A DNA stretch of 64,000 nt from Klebsormidium nitens (lineage: Eukaryota > Plantae > Klebsormidiophyceae). Positions 33,162 to 46,784 of the stretch are shown one piece after another. The stretch spans positions 1 through 64,000 of the forward strand of contig DF237003.1 of assembly GCA_000708835.1 (NCBI GenBank), given 5' to 3'. Under the pieces are notes generated by a model. The model saw nothing but the letters and a program-made list of their open reading frames with translations, did not search any database and was not told the DNA's origin. Positions within the stretch are counted from its first letter, which is position 1, and each line of letters begins with the position of its first letter. Both the position numbers and the translations under genes were made by a program.

Positions 33162-34862
33162 ATGGGTTTGGCTCAGTTGCAGGGGATAGTGGCGCTCCTT
33201 CTTGCTGCCAGCTGTTTGCTTGCGCCAGCCAAAGCAGCAGTGAACGGACCTTGTAATGTCAGCACAACGAGCGGGTCCTTATATCCTGGGGTCTGCATTG
33301 CAACAACAGATTGCACGGCAAGCGGGGGCACTTTCGCTTCTACCTTCTGCCCCCATGACCCTGAGAACATCAAGTGCTGCTACAAAACAACCTGCCAAGG
33401 GGGGGGACAATGCAAATGGACCACGCAATGCACTACCGGAGCACCCACCCAAGGGAGCTGCCCTGGCCCGGTTAACTTTCAATGCTGCCCCGGAACTGGC
33501 ACTCCCAGTGCTATTCCACCAGCCTCAGGTACGCTTGAAGAGCAGATATAAGGTCAACTTTCTTGCAGAGGTACAGTTAAATGTACTACGTTACTTATAC
33601 TGCTTTCCTTGCAATTTCATGATTATGAGATTCAGCAGCTGATTGACCCGCTACCTAGCGAGAAGCTACATACATGATGGTTCATGGTCTGGTACGTAGT
33701 AGGAGCGTAGTAGGTGCTGGTTCAAATGATTCAAGACGCACTGTGAAAGTCAGAGATCCTATCAACCATGACGTGACCTGACTGTGTGGTTGCCACTGCT
33801 CGAAGCTTCATATTGAAGGCACGTTGAAGTGATACAGAAACCAACGTCAAGGGCTTTTTGAGGCATGCCCCAGCTTCTCTCGCTTCTGCGAGCCCACCAG
33901 CTCGAAAGGTCGAGGCCTGCAAACTCCCCTCTTCTGAGCTCCATTCTTGGTCATGTCTTGCTGCAGGCACTCCGGTCCGCAAAGGCAAGATTACTGTCTA
34001 CTGGGGCCAGAGCGGCAACGAGCCCTCCCTGGCTGCCACGTGTCAGAGCGGCAACTACGACAACGTCATCATCTCCTTTCTCAACGTCTTCGGGTCTGGC
34101 CGCACCCCAGCGCTGAACCTTGCAGGCCACTGCGACCCCCGCATCAACGGCTGTCTGAAACAGGCCTCTCAAATAACCACGTGCCAGCAGTTGGGCGTTC
34201 GGGTGCTTCTATCCATTGGCGGCGGCCTGGGCGACTATTCACTCGCGTCGAACGAGGATGGGCAGAGCGTCGCACGCTACCTTTGGAACACGTACCTAGG
34301 GGGCAGCAGTAGCGCGCGACCACTGGGGGCTGCCAAGCTGGATGGGATCGACCTCGACATTGAGAGTAGATCGGGGGGGAATTCGCAGACGGGTTACGCC
34401 GCGCTTGTGAGGCAGCTGCGCACCCTCATGAACGGCGACTCCTCCAAGCGCTATTACATCACAGGCGCCCCCCAATGTATTAAGCCCGACTATTTCCTTG
34501 GCCCTAAGGAAGGGACCGCCCTGGGTGAAGCTGCCGGGTCTTTTGATTGGCTGAACGTGCAGTTCTACAGCAACAATTGCGGCTACGGCTATAGCGGGGG
34601 CGGTACGGCCGCTGTCCTCAGGTCCTGGAACGACTGGTCCAGCTGGATGGCAAGCGCAAACCCTGCGATGCGCCTCTATCTGGGCATTCGCGCAAGTTCC
34701 GGATCGAAGGATTACATGGATCCGGCAACGCTGGCAGGCCTCCTGCCACTGCTGCAGAAGTCGAGCAACTACGGGGGAGTCATGCTGTGGGACGTGCTTA
34801 GTGACAACAGGAATGTCATCAACGGGAAGCCATTCAGCGCCAACATTCGTGGTTTGGTTTAG
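33162..34862 (+). CDS. Secreted GH18 class III (hevamine-like) chitinase/lysozyme with two N-terminal 6-Cys repeats; 2 exons, 420 aa
   Basis: Signal peptide; exons 33162-33528 and 33967-34862; ITVYWGQ, LNLAGHC, VLLSIGG, intact DGIDLDIE (34341-34364), GAPQC, NVQFY, GGVMLW. Confidence 0.95.
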
Positions 34863-37800
34863 GATCGCAGCGAATGTTGGCGCAAACCGGCTTTGACAGT
34901 GTAGGAGGGTCGGAGCTGAGGATATGGGACTTGCCTGATTCTAGGGAAGTCGAATTGCTATCATGTAAGCGAGTAGAGGGGCCCACAATGTGCAAACATT
35001 GCGAAACATGTGTTAAATCAGATTGGGAAGGGATAGCTTGCATCAGGAGCAGATCTGAAGTTTGTCCAAGTCTCGTAGCAATGACTGTGCCACTCATTCT
35101 TCCACATGTAGTACCTTATATGTGTGATGCGAAATTGCGAGAGACTAATTTGAACATCCCTGATATAAAGCATTGACTCAAATGGCAATCGTGTTTGAGC
35201 TGGAAATCCGCTCAAGTTTCAAGAGTGATAGACCCAATGTTCGTAAAGCTTACTGACGCAAGCATGCTCACGGTACGTGAATTCATCGGGCCATTCAAGT
35301 GTGCGTTTTGACTCCTCTTTGCGTGCTTGGTAGACACTTCGGTTGTCGTGATGCTATGGATTGCGTCAAGATGTGCCGTTGCATTCGCAGGTCTAAGCCC
35401 ACGGGCTGAGCAATTTTTAGCAACCCCGTTTTGCAATGTTACCCTCAAATGTATCAGTGGTCACTACTTCTTTACATGGGTCAGAAGGTGACGCTTGGCC
35501 CTTCAACAACACACATTTTCGTTGATTGGAAGGAGGTCGAAACATAACAAGCAGACGGAAAGTATTCCAGGCCAAGGAGCAAGAGCAATGGGAATGTGAA
35601 TTCGGGAATGCAGCCCAATACCCAAGTCACCGTGAGCGTACATGGGTGACCTGAAGGTCTGCCTTTGCAAAAAGCGATTGACAGCATGAGGAGTAAGAAG
35701 CAAAGTGGGACTGTCAATGGCTTCTTCGTGAAGGGCCTCCAGACATCTTATACAGGATGAAAGCTACGAAAGGTCCTGGATCAGTAGGGATTTTAGGGGC
35801 GCAGCAGTATGCTTTGGAGTCCGCTTAAGAGTCAAACGCTGCCCTCAGCGCTGACATTGAGCAATCCGTTCCCGGTCCGTTGAGAGGCCCAAGAGTAACT
35901 CTTGGGAGGCCTGCACCTGGTGTTTCCGTATGGTCCTTCAAATGTTAAGACACTCATTTGAAGTAATTTCGTGACTGATTCGAGTCCCGAACCTTTTCGA
36001 CCACTCTCGTGACGGATTGGCGGAGGCTCAAGGTCCGTTGTTCTGCTGCTTAAGAACAAGGGCCCCCGGTCAGTTTCAGCAGTTCGACCGCCTGGCTTTC
36101 CCGCTCGCCCTGCAGCCCCACTTCTGTCTTTCTCTGCACGTCTACTGAGCACACGTCGGCCCTTTTGGAACATTGAAGAACCGTCCCGGCCCGCGGACAA
36201 ACTGTTCCACTTCCTGTCGCGCTCCACAGTATCCAGAGGTTCTACTGGCGTATTAGAGCTCCGTTTCCAACGCGCTACACTACCGGACGTACGAAGCATA
36301 CTGGCCTGTTGGAGACCGCTTGCTTCGGCTGTTAGCTAGGTGCCCGGTAGGTGGCGGACGCTCCCGTAATCTGTTCCGGCGTGCCCCAATCAGGCCGTCT
36401 CTTTGGCAGCGGCCCACCTTCTACCACTTGTGCGTGCGCCTGCGAGCCCTGTATTTTGTCGCCGCGCTCCGAAGCAAGGATGCTCCGCTCCAGAGCGCCA
36501 CTGTTCCTGCCACGCGACGGTACCGTTCTACGACTTCAGGTCCGGATCCCCGACTGCTCTCTTCTCTGGGCAGCCCGTTCCGCTACTCTTGCCCGTTCCA
36601 AGGTTGTGCCGAGGCCTCAAGATTCTGCTTCCGTTCTGTGAATGCGAGCGCGGGCGCGAGAAAGCCATTGCAGCATCCCGCTTTGCAATCAAGCCGTTCG
36701 GGTGGCCTAGCGTCTTGGACGTCTCTTCTTTCGAGTGTGTTACCGAAGGCAACATTGCGGAAGCGGCAAGGCAGCAGCGCGTCCGGTTCTTGCGTTCCAC
36801 TTTCTTGCGCCTCAGCTACCTTCCCTGGCTACGACCCCGCTCTGCGGGCGCGCGCACGGGACCAGTTCCGCTGCAGCGGGGTTTGACTCCGCTGCTTCTC
36901 ACACCCCATCCGGTGCGTGGGTCGCCATTCCGGCCCCGTTTCGTAGCACCACTGTGCGGCCAACTGATTCCGCTCCTGGGCGCGAAACGTTCCGTTCCGC
37001 TCACTGCTGCGCGTTCGGTCTGACTCTCTACCGCGGTCTAGATCAGCGGCGCGCCGTTGAGTCGCCCAGCCCCTCTGTTCCGTTCTTCTCGCCCGTGCTG
37101 AAGCCACTTCCTGGTGAATCTTGCACCGGGCTTTTTTCGCTGCCACGCGCCCCGTTCCGTTCCCCCCCTGTTGCGCCGCAGTTGTTTGGGCCTATTCATC
37201 TGCAAACAAGCTACCGGACTCGACGTTAAGAACGCTCTGCAGGCAGGGACGTTAGAATTCGGTCGCCGTGAGTCTCTATATTGCTGAGCTTCTCTCGAAC
37301 TTTCCCAGCAGAAACGGACTTGCGAGGTTGACCATTTAACTCTGCTAAGCTTCATCAGAAAGAGGGCTATCGCCTCGCTCAAACCTAGGCTTGCCAAAAT
37401 CTCGCGATGCTGACACCCAGGAGCTGCTCAAAGGACGCCAGTCGAATGTCGAGCGGCTTCCGTCACCTATTAGTCTGGGTACCAGGAGCAACAGATGGTC
37501 ATGGAATGGTGCTTCCTGCCCTCGAGGGTAGTTAGCTCGGCTAACCATTTCAAGATGAGATTGGTTTGCGGGTACTAATCAAGCTCTCGACAGTGTTAGC
37601 GTCGCTAACGTTAACCATGCTACAAACATTCTGACGTTGAACACGCTGGGCACGAGCATGAGCGTACGTAGTTACCCACCACGTTTGCGGAACGTTCCAC
37701 GTTCCACGTTGTGCACGTTCCAACATACTCGTGCTGTTGTCGAGAACATCTTGGCTCCGGATGGCCACAGTGAACGCCTAGATCCAAAGTATGAACCCGT

Positions 37801-38449
37801 ATTGAGCAGGTCCGACGACGGACTTTGTGCGAACCGAGTCGAGCTTGTGTAAGCGCCTATTGTCGACACTGGATGAGGTGCCGCCAAGAGCGAACGCGTC
37901 CCCGCCATCGTCTGATGCCTGAAAAGCAGCGCAAAAAGTATAGTCAGCGCTTCTTCAGAACCAAAGAAAGGACAGAGGCCAATCAAAAGCACGAAGTTCG
38001 AAGGAAGCCAGGAATTCTCACGGGCGAATGGTAAGTCTGGCGCTCGTCATTCTGTATGCTTCTGTACCAGCTTCTGCGGCCGGGCCCCGAATTACTTTGG
38101 CAAAGAATCAAAGCGCCCCAGAATCCCACATTCCAACCAGATCAGGTCTTCGCCCCTTTCGAGGCTGCAGACAAGTGACTTCAGGCCTTCCCTCAGGTTG
38201 CCATCCAGAAGTGGAGGTCGTTGCTTCCGAGAAAAAGTCTGGGGTATCCTCCTAAGTTTCAATATATCGGGAAATGTCTTGCAGTTGCCCGAATCAAATT
38301 TAAGCTGCTCTCTAGGGACGTCATAGATGACGAAGCATGATCAAATACCTCGCAAACGCTTGGCTGTGCACTTCGACAAAAAAAGACCGTGAACACATCA
38401 GTACTGAAAACTTTGTCTCCTAATCAGAAAACGTATTTGACTGTCCGCA

Positions 38450-39024
38450 CCTGTCCGAAGCGGTTGAGGTTGCAGTCGGGTGACGTCAGTGTTGACGTCT
38501 GGTAGTCGTCATCGGCCCCCTCGACGTACTCGCGGTGGTACAGCCCCTCGAGCATGCCCATCGCCGACAGCGCCCGGGGCGTACATCTGGCCCAGAAACT
38601 GAAGGCGTCCAAAACGAAAACGGGTTAGAAGCGCGGGTAGCATTTGAGGAAGCCTAGAAAGGTGGGTTGACCGGTCGGTTGACAAAGAACAACTAAACTT
38701 GGGCGGGCCTTTCATCTAAACCGAAGTGAGGAGTCTCAAGAAAAAATGCAAACAAAGTGTGAAACGAGTAGGTTTAGATTTCAAGCTTTCCGATTCGCCC
38801 ACCGGTTGCGGACGTCTGATCAGATGCGGATCGCCGTACGTTTGCCGTACCTTGTCTGAGCAGTACGCCTTTGCTACGCAACGTCGAAGAAATGGTTTGT
38901 GCCACGTGTACGTTTCTGAACATGGCGGGGGCGCATGTCGGATGTGCGGGGCGAACTTAGGGGTAGGCGAGGGGGCGGCAACCGGAGCGGACGCTGACGT
39001 CACGGTTGGACTTTCTGAATCCAA
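38450..39024 (-). CDS. Possible exons of an unidentified minus-strand gene
   Basis: GC-rich protein-like segments ending at GTGCGG donor-like sites (…HKPFLRRCVAKAYCSDK|; …GMLEGLYHREYVEG…RFGQ|); no family recognised and the model is not closed. Confidence 0.25.
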
Positions 39025-41074
39025 GGACCCACAAGCGATCGGGGTTGGTGACGCAGGTTCGGGTGCCGCTAAAGTGGAGGCTTCGCGAATGTATCGGGAG
39101 AGGGCCGCGAAACGATCGGTTCTGTGAAAAAGCGGTTGTCGAAAATCTGGGGAGGCGAGTGAGGGTGGGGGGCCTTAACCAGGGTCATGCACTTACTCAG
39201 GGTTGGACCAAGTGCATCCTTCTCTCCCTCAGTGGTGCGGGTTCCGACCGGGGATTAGGCGCCTCCATTCTGGGGGGGGAAACGGAAGGGCGCTTTAACA
39301 GATCGGAGTGAAGAGAAGGCAGAGGATGGGTTGGGTATGAGGGCACCAGAGAAGGAAGAGTCTGTGTGGACCGATCCGTATGTCCGGCTGGGGTTGGATC
39401 CGGACGAAGCAATCGACGTGGTCGGGTCTTGGCGGGACTGGTCCGCCGTCGAAGAGCGCCCGGCGAGCGAGCCAGCGAGAGCGGAATCCGCTCAGCGCAA
39501 TGCGGGACGGAAACCGTTTGCAGGGTGCAGAGAACGGAGGTCCGAACCTGTAGTCAGCTATTTGGATTCTACCGCGATTTTGCTGGCTATTTTGTTCATG
39601 TTTGAACAAAACGAAGCGGCCACCTCTGAACTCCGTACGCATCAAAAGCAGGTGGGATCAGATGAAAGGCGCTTCAAGCCTTGTTCATTATGCCAATCGC
39701 TGGGTTTCAGTGGGCAGCTTCGAGGGCGGCCAAGTAACGAGTTGTGACCTCTTTCTGTAGGTAAGGAGACCACTGGGCGGATTGAAGGGGAGTAGTAACA
39801 CAGGCTCGGGTAGGAAGCGCCCTTGGAAGGATAAGGAGCATGATGCCAAAGCGGGGGGTCAGGAAAAAGGAGCAAGGTAATAAGACTCGCGGCACAAGGC
39901 AGTGGTTGAGTTATGAGCAGAGTCAGGAATCTTGCAGTATACGAGGAAAGAGAAGATTTAAATGGTAAAAGCCTCTGCCGGACATTCAGTCAAGGAACTG
40001 ATTGGATCGTAATCAGAGTTTTTTCCATGATAGTGTATCCGTTATTCGCCCCAGATCAAATTTCTTGCTTTGTTCCGGACGTTGATTCTATGTGATTGAT
40101 CATCATGCTTCGAAGTGCAAAGCTCGTGCAGAAGGGCTTCGTTAAGAGATCGTGACTGATCTGAAGGGCGTCCGTGCTACGGAAGCCGACAACCTGTGAT
40201 TGAATGAAGCTCACAGCTTATCCGACATGTCACACGCTGATAGTGAGATCAGCCGACCGTACGTTTACTTTGATATGTTTCTCTTCGTTTGCCCGAGAAA
40301 TAGCCTCGGTCAAAGATCCTGCATCAGAGAGTCCGAACCGAATTTCTCGCGGCCTCTGGACACAAATGTCGGAGGGAAAAGCCGTTACGCGCGCGTCCGG
40401 GTGGTCTGCCTTTGCCATTCTGGGTTCCAGTCTCTTTCGGCAAGAAGTTCTGCTTCCGCCCAGCAACGGTGCATCCCACTTATCAGGTTCTCAGACGAGG
40501 CTTCCGCCCGGCTTCCGTTTAGCGCGCGTCTGAGCGTTCCGCTTCCGCCCATTCTCGGATCCGGCCGATCTCGTCAAGCAGCCTCGCTTCCGGCGCTGCC
40601 CAGCGTTTTGCTGCCATCCGCATGCGTACCTCAGCTGACGTGGGGCTGACGGCGTCGGATTAGCCTGCCCCAAGTCGTGGCGTTCAAATGAGCGAAGCAC
40701 CCGGCCGATGACCCGAGGGCATTGCTGCCGGTGTCAAGCGTAGTGCTGACGATGTCTCCGGGGAACCGGGCCTGAATTCTGAATACGGACTTCTTGTTGA
40801 TGAAGTCGCCCCGTTCGAAGTGGAAGAAATTGACGCGGAGATCGATCCACTGGCGTCAGCATCCTTCGAATCAAAAGCTGCAGTTACGCACGAGCTGTTG
40901 GCTCGGTTGAAAGTTCGCTCTCACGCCCCGTTCGACAAAGGCGATTCGTCTATCGGGTTTGAGCTGTGCTGGACGATGTGGCCGGTTTGACGTATGACGT
41001 CAGCCCCGAGCAAGTATTGGCGGATAAGGCCTTTTTAGGCCTTTTTTAGCTTCGATCTCTGAGCAGGTCGTCCT

Positions 41075-41300
41075 GACTACCAGCAGCTTTTTGCTGGCAG
41101 TTTCAAAAATCGGCTGCCCGCTTGGGTGGAGCTACTAAGGTCATCCCTGCCAGTCGTCTCAGACGGTCCTCAAGTGGTTGCGGGAAGCCGTCAAGCCTGT
41201 GTTTGAATGGACGCGGAATACTGACAAGGCGAAATGGAGGGGTCCGAGCGCTGCTTACGTTTACGGTTCCTCAAACCCGAATCGAAAGCTAACTTCAAGG
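41075..41300 (+). mobile_element. Degenerate fragment resembling the pre-RT region of a DIRS-like retrotransposon
   Basis: FAGSFKNRLPAWVELL then, after a frameshift, QTVLKWLREAVKPVF; recalls the AGxLxxxxxAW...VLxWLxxG segment of DIRS-type Pol; pattern recall only. Confidence 0.4.
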
Positions 41301-44300
41301 CGATCTGCCCCACGAAATAGAGTTCCAAAACCACCTCTCAGTGCAGATCAGGCACGTCCCCTTTGCTATCGACACGACGCTTCAAAACGTGCAGTCTGGC
41401 GCAGGGGGGAAGGGGGAGGTTGAAATTTTAGGGGGGCAGAAGGGAACGCCGAGCAAGACAGCTCCGGGGGGTCGGTCCGAGGTCGGATAAAGCCCGGGAA
41501 AGGTGGAGGGACGACGTCGTCCCTCACAGGGTTTTCTGGCCGTTAATCATAGTCGGTTACGCTGGTTCGAAGCTGGTTAACTGTCCAATTATGACCAGAC
41601 TCGAGCAGTAGCCAGGTTTTAACATGGCCATAACGGGGTTATTGGTCAGAGAACCAGGCTAAAATTTGGTTATCAAACCTGCTTAGCAGCCAAACCTTCC
41701 TGTCGACGAACCGGGGTGCAAGAGAATGGTCGATGGATGCGGTCAGCGACAGTGCTGCCGCACAAAGGGTGAGTCTCGGCGAGCGGCCGAAGGCTCACTG
41801 TGGGCTGGGAGGTTTGCTCTGAGTCCTCCACACCTGAACCCAGATAGTCAAAGACGCCGGGTTGACGGCTGAGGATGCCGGCAGTCCGGCGGGGGTCCCA
41901 CTCAGCGGAATGAGCGGCGGAATCAGCGGAATGGGCTGAGCGGCTCAGGCGGCTCTGCGGAACGACACAGACCTCGTCTACGAAGGGTGGTTATCTGAGA
42001 GGCGTCCCGGTTCGCCAGCGACCACGTGGCTTCACGGGCCAGGAGCTTGGGGGCCGCTCGACAGAGAAACGAGAGCGGGCCCCGTCGGACTTACTCAGCC
42101 AGGGAACGTTACGGCGGAGTGGGGGCGGAATTAATGACGGAAGATCACGGCGGAATGACGCGAGATCACTCACGTCGAAACGACGGAGACCGCGGATCCG
42201 CAGGGCGCTTCGTGAGCGCTGACGGTCCCCCGACGCGCTCTCTTTGATTGTAGAAAGTGAGCGGCCGGAAGCAGTTGCCGGGCCGCATTTCGGACCCAGT
42301 CCGGGAGCTGGCCCGCCGAGGTTGAGGGCCCGGTGGACGCTTCCGGGCTGGGCTTCCGGCGGAATGAAGCGGCGCCGAGGTAGATGTTCTCCGGGCAGGT
42401 GCGGAAGGGGCGCGACAGGTCTGGTGCAAGTTGTGCGGGAGGTTAGTTTTCGGGTCGGGGCAGCATTGTCAGACTGCTACGTGGCACGAGCTGTACCGGA
42501 ATGAGGGGGCTTGCGCGCGCGGGCGTCACTGTGAGAAATCCTTTTGTCCGGACTAGATCTGATTCTAGTCTGGACGGCTTTTCGATCCCCGTCCGGAACG
42601 AGTCTGAATGCGTCGGACGCCGTTCAGCCAGTCTGAAATCATCCGGAAACGGTCCGGACGACATCTGATTCCAGTCTGAACTGCTTGCAACTTCAAACCA
42701 GGACCTTTGACAGCCCCAAAGCCTAGAGACACGTTTATGAGGCTCATTCTCACGGTTGCTCTAATCTGCTCTGTGCCGGCTGCAGCCCGCGCCTAGAGTC
42801 GGCAGTGACGCACATCGGGCGGACAAGTACAGAAAGCGATGATCGCATCGCTTGGGTTACACTGCTGTCCGCAAAGCGTCAGCGTCGTGTGCGCTAGGCC
42901 GGCCCGCCGCGGTGGGAGTCTCGGTTCTGACGAAGAAGCGTTGTGATTTAAAATTCATTTGCACTCAAGTCACGTATATTTCATTCAAACGCCGCTAGGG
43001 GCGATCTCACGAGCCGTGGCTTCAGTTTGTACAAGGCTACGAATGGAGCTATGGGGACGTCATCAGATTCGATCCATCGGGACAACGTACTGTACAATTG
43101 CGCCCCGTGCGGAGTGAAGCCCAGAAGCCCACCCTCGGTGCATAAACATCCACACTGCGTGCGTGGGACTCGAGGGTGTACGTACGAAAGCGCTCGGAAA
43201 ACTCTCGAAACTCATTGGACGAAATCAACTTAAGAATCAAAGATTATCGTTTATCGATGTCGAACCAAATCGAACAGTTCAGCATGGGTAATAACCAAGT
43301 GATTCTGTACGAAAAGTTTGTCCCGATGTGTATAGAGCTGAGACTCTACTTCCAGTACATGATGCTGGTTGTTCAATTTGTTGTGGTCTACTGGCTTAAT
43401 GACTGCTCCGAACTCTTGACTGGTCTTGACTAGAAAAGCAATCAAGTTCTAGCGCGTACCAAAAGCACATGCCAGGCCAAGCGAACTCGTAGAACGAAGC
43501 CTGTACAACAGTCATCGATCAGCCTTAACCTAAATATTAGCTACTGAAGATGAAGGACCACCTGGTGTTAGTAAACTAGTATAACTTTGACGTGGCGTTG
43601 AAGCGGCTTCTTGTGACGTCCGGAGCCGTCCCCCTTTGTGCCCATAAACGGCACTCTCCATTATTACAGCTCAGGCCCAATTCGATATTATAGCATTGGT
43701 TGTCACAAACTCCGCAATTATTGTTGTCGAACAAAGTGTCAGCGCGGGATTGCAAGGAGCCGCCGGCTCGTTAGGGCCAGCCTCGGAGTCGCCCCCGAAG
43801 TGACGTTGAACGGCGTGTGCGCCGTGACGTCAGCGTTTGCCTGCAACGCACGTTGTAAGACTGATCAGGACTTCGTCCATTCCGGAGATTCGTACGCCGG
43901 CCATTTCTCCATGCCAGTACAGGGTTGCTTTGCCTTCTGAAGTTATACAAGCAATCAAACGCTGCCACACTCAAGCGGGACAGTCCCATGTGTTTGAAAC
44001 AGACTCTGACGAGAGCTTGCGGTCCTCTCATCGAACGGGTGGCCCTCCAGACAAGGTTCTGAACATATTGAAAGAATTGCTCCATTATCATCAGCAGTCA
44101 AATCGGCTGCTTCGACTTTGATGGTAGAGCTGAGCACTAAGACTCAACCCGGTCGATCCGCGGCAGGCAGTACCGTGGCCCCCACAGAACGGTTCGATCC
44201 AACTCCCGGCACAGCGGAGAACCACACCTAACCAAGCCGGGTTCATCATGGTTAAAGTTCTACCAGACCAGACCGGTTGACAGCTGGCTGAACCAAACCC

Positions 44301-44489
44301 GTTAACCGGTTTGGTTCGGGCAAAACCTTCCTGTGTTTGCTCCCCGCATCACCGGGTATCAAATTTACAGCTGGACGTAGTCAAGAGCATGCGTGGCAGA
44401 AATCAGGCGTTTGAAACGAACCGTACGGTTCCGCTAGGCTAAGCTTAAACATACAATGGGTACATGTTTTACAATGAACCGCCGTCGGT

Positions 44490-46230
44490 TCTAAGTGCGC
44501 GCGTTCCTCGTCCGACAGCACACCGAGGCCTCTCGCCCAGAGCTTGCGCATATTGGACATCGCATCGAATCGCCCGACCGAGCAGCCCCCGCAAACCACT
44601 TCTCCGCAAATTCCACATCCTGGCCCACACCCGTGCCCGCTCCGTAGCAGACGCCCAGGCTGTTCTGCGCCCGCGCTGATCCCCCTTTGGCGGCCTTTCG
44701 ATACCACTCAGTTGCCTTCTTTTCGTCCTTGCTCACACCCGCACCTCGCTCGTGGCAGACGCCGAGATTGAACTGCGCGCCCGCGTGCCCCTGCTCTGCG
44801 GCTCGCCGGAACCACTCCGCTCCGCGAGCCGCATCCTACGCCGCACATCTTTGCCGCGAACGTAACACAACCCCATGTCATACTGTGCGACCGCCTCCCC
44901 CTTCTCAGCGGCCTTCCAAAACCACACCATCGCCATCGCCTCGCGTCCTTTTCCACGACCCCGTTCTTGTACCATTTGCACACCTTCTTGCACGGGGCTT
45001 GCACGCAGATGCGTGTTCCAGTCGGGCGGAATTTCTGTACCATTTCAACGCCAGTTCGTTGTCCTGTCGAACGCCCACGCCTCGCTCGTAACACGCGCCG
45101 ATCTCGAATAGGGCGTCCTTGTCCCCCTGCTCGGCAGCCTTACAGAAACAGTCCACACCACGCGCAACATCCCGCATCACGCGATCGCCTCGAAGATAGC
45201 AGCGACCCAACTGCACTTGAGCGCCCTCATCCCCCTGCGCCGTGCAGCCTTCCGGTACCATTGGACCGCCTTCCTCGCGTTCTCCGCGACGACGCCCTTC
45301 CGCCTTTGAGCACAGCACCTCCCGCAGGCATTCTGCGCGCAGCTGCATGCTCCTGCTCGGCTGCTTTTCGAATCCACTCCGCTCCAGCTTCACCGCGTCC
45401 CTGTCCACACCGATGCCACCGGTGTAACACAACCGCGAAAAGTAATGCGCGCTCGCTTCCCCTTGTTCGGCAGCCTTTCGGAACCACTCTACTGCCTTCC
45501 CCTCGTCCACGACCACACCACTGCCCCCTCATCGTAGCAGGCTCCCATTCCGGACTGCGCGCCTGCGTGCCCCTGCTCGGCAACCCTTCGAATCAATCTC
45601 GCACCCCGCACAGCGTCCCTCCCCACACCGATGGGGCACCGATGCCTGCGAGATAGTTTTTCCCACGGAGAACTGCGCGTCCGCATCCCCCTGCTCAGCC
45701 TGCGGCCTTCCGGTACCACTCGAGCGCACTTCTCTCGTCCTTCTTCACGCCGATTCTGCTTTCGTAACATTTCCCCAGCTTGGCTTGGGCCCCCGCATGC
45801 CCTTGCGCTGCAGCCACGCTGCAGCCTTTCGGCACCATTCGACGGCCTTCCCCGCGTCTTTGCCCACACTGGTGCCTTCTTCGTAACACGCCCCCACACT
45901 GGCATGCGCGCGCTGCGGCCTTCCGGTACCATTCGATGGCCTTCCTGTGGTTCTTGCCAGCACCCGAAGCGCGCTGTCGCAGCAGGCCCAGGTTGCACTG
46001 TGCTTCCGTGTCTCCCTGCTCAGCTCGCTCTCGAAACTCCTCCCGGCACTGAACGGCAGCCTTAGTGTACCACACGCGCCAGGGCCTTGTCCACGCTCCT
46101 GCCTTGGGTGTATCACACGATCGACAGCTTATATTGCGAATCCCCCTGCTCGGCGACCTTCTGCAATTACTCCATCGAGCCCGGAAAGCTGGAATCGCTG
46201 ACCCCCTGCGCGTCGTGACTCGCATTACTC
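44490..46230 (-). pseudogene. Intronless Sel1-like repeat protein pseudogene (roughly 15 repeats)
   Basis: Recurrent KAxEWYRKAAEQGxAxAQxxLGxCYxxGxGVxxD units scattered over all three minus frames; many frameshifts. Confidence 0.88.
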
Positions 46231-46784
46231 CGAACTCGGTCTGGTTGAGATTGTGCCTATCCTTGCGGGCAATGGCAAACGCAAGTCAGTGCGTTCACCG
46301 ACTGTCTATGAGAACTTCACATACGAATTATATGACGACACAATTGGCAAGTTCAATGTTTTGACTCTCTACTATGAAGAGCTACTTAAGCATTGCCAAC
46401 GTTGCGCAGAAGATGAACCTTCGTCTGATAGCGGAGAATATAAGAGATGTGCATTTGAGAAACCTTCCCTCATTTGGAGTACCTTGATTTGGCAGGATGC
46501 AAGTACCTGCGTACCTTAATCGGACTACATGGTAAGGTCCACTTACGAAGAATCATGGACTGTTTGTTATGTATTGCACTTTCTCAAGACGAGTGTTGAC
46601 GACTTTCATAAAGCATTACCTGAAACTACATTGGATTTTTGGGGATGATGACAGTTATGTTCCAACGAACAAAGATTTAGAAGAATATATGATCAAGTTC
46701 AATTTGAGGAATACCTGGGCATCGAATTAGACGATTGATCTTCCAGGGAAGGTTCTCTGGAAACACTTCATTAATCATTATATC

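Noticed and set aside
36320-37229. Stack of overlapping 90-206 aa ORFs
   Set aside because: Expected in GC-rich repeat-like DNA; no consistent frame, motif or splice pattern
39331-39747. DnaJ-like start (DPYVRLGLDPD)
   Set aside because: No HPD motif or J-domain helices follow
41536-44330. GGTT/AACC-rich blocks at 41540-41700 and 44215-44330 as terminal inverted repeats of a large transposon
   Set aside because: Only patchy similarity by eye; no TSD and no transposase motif between them
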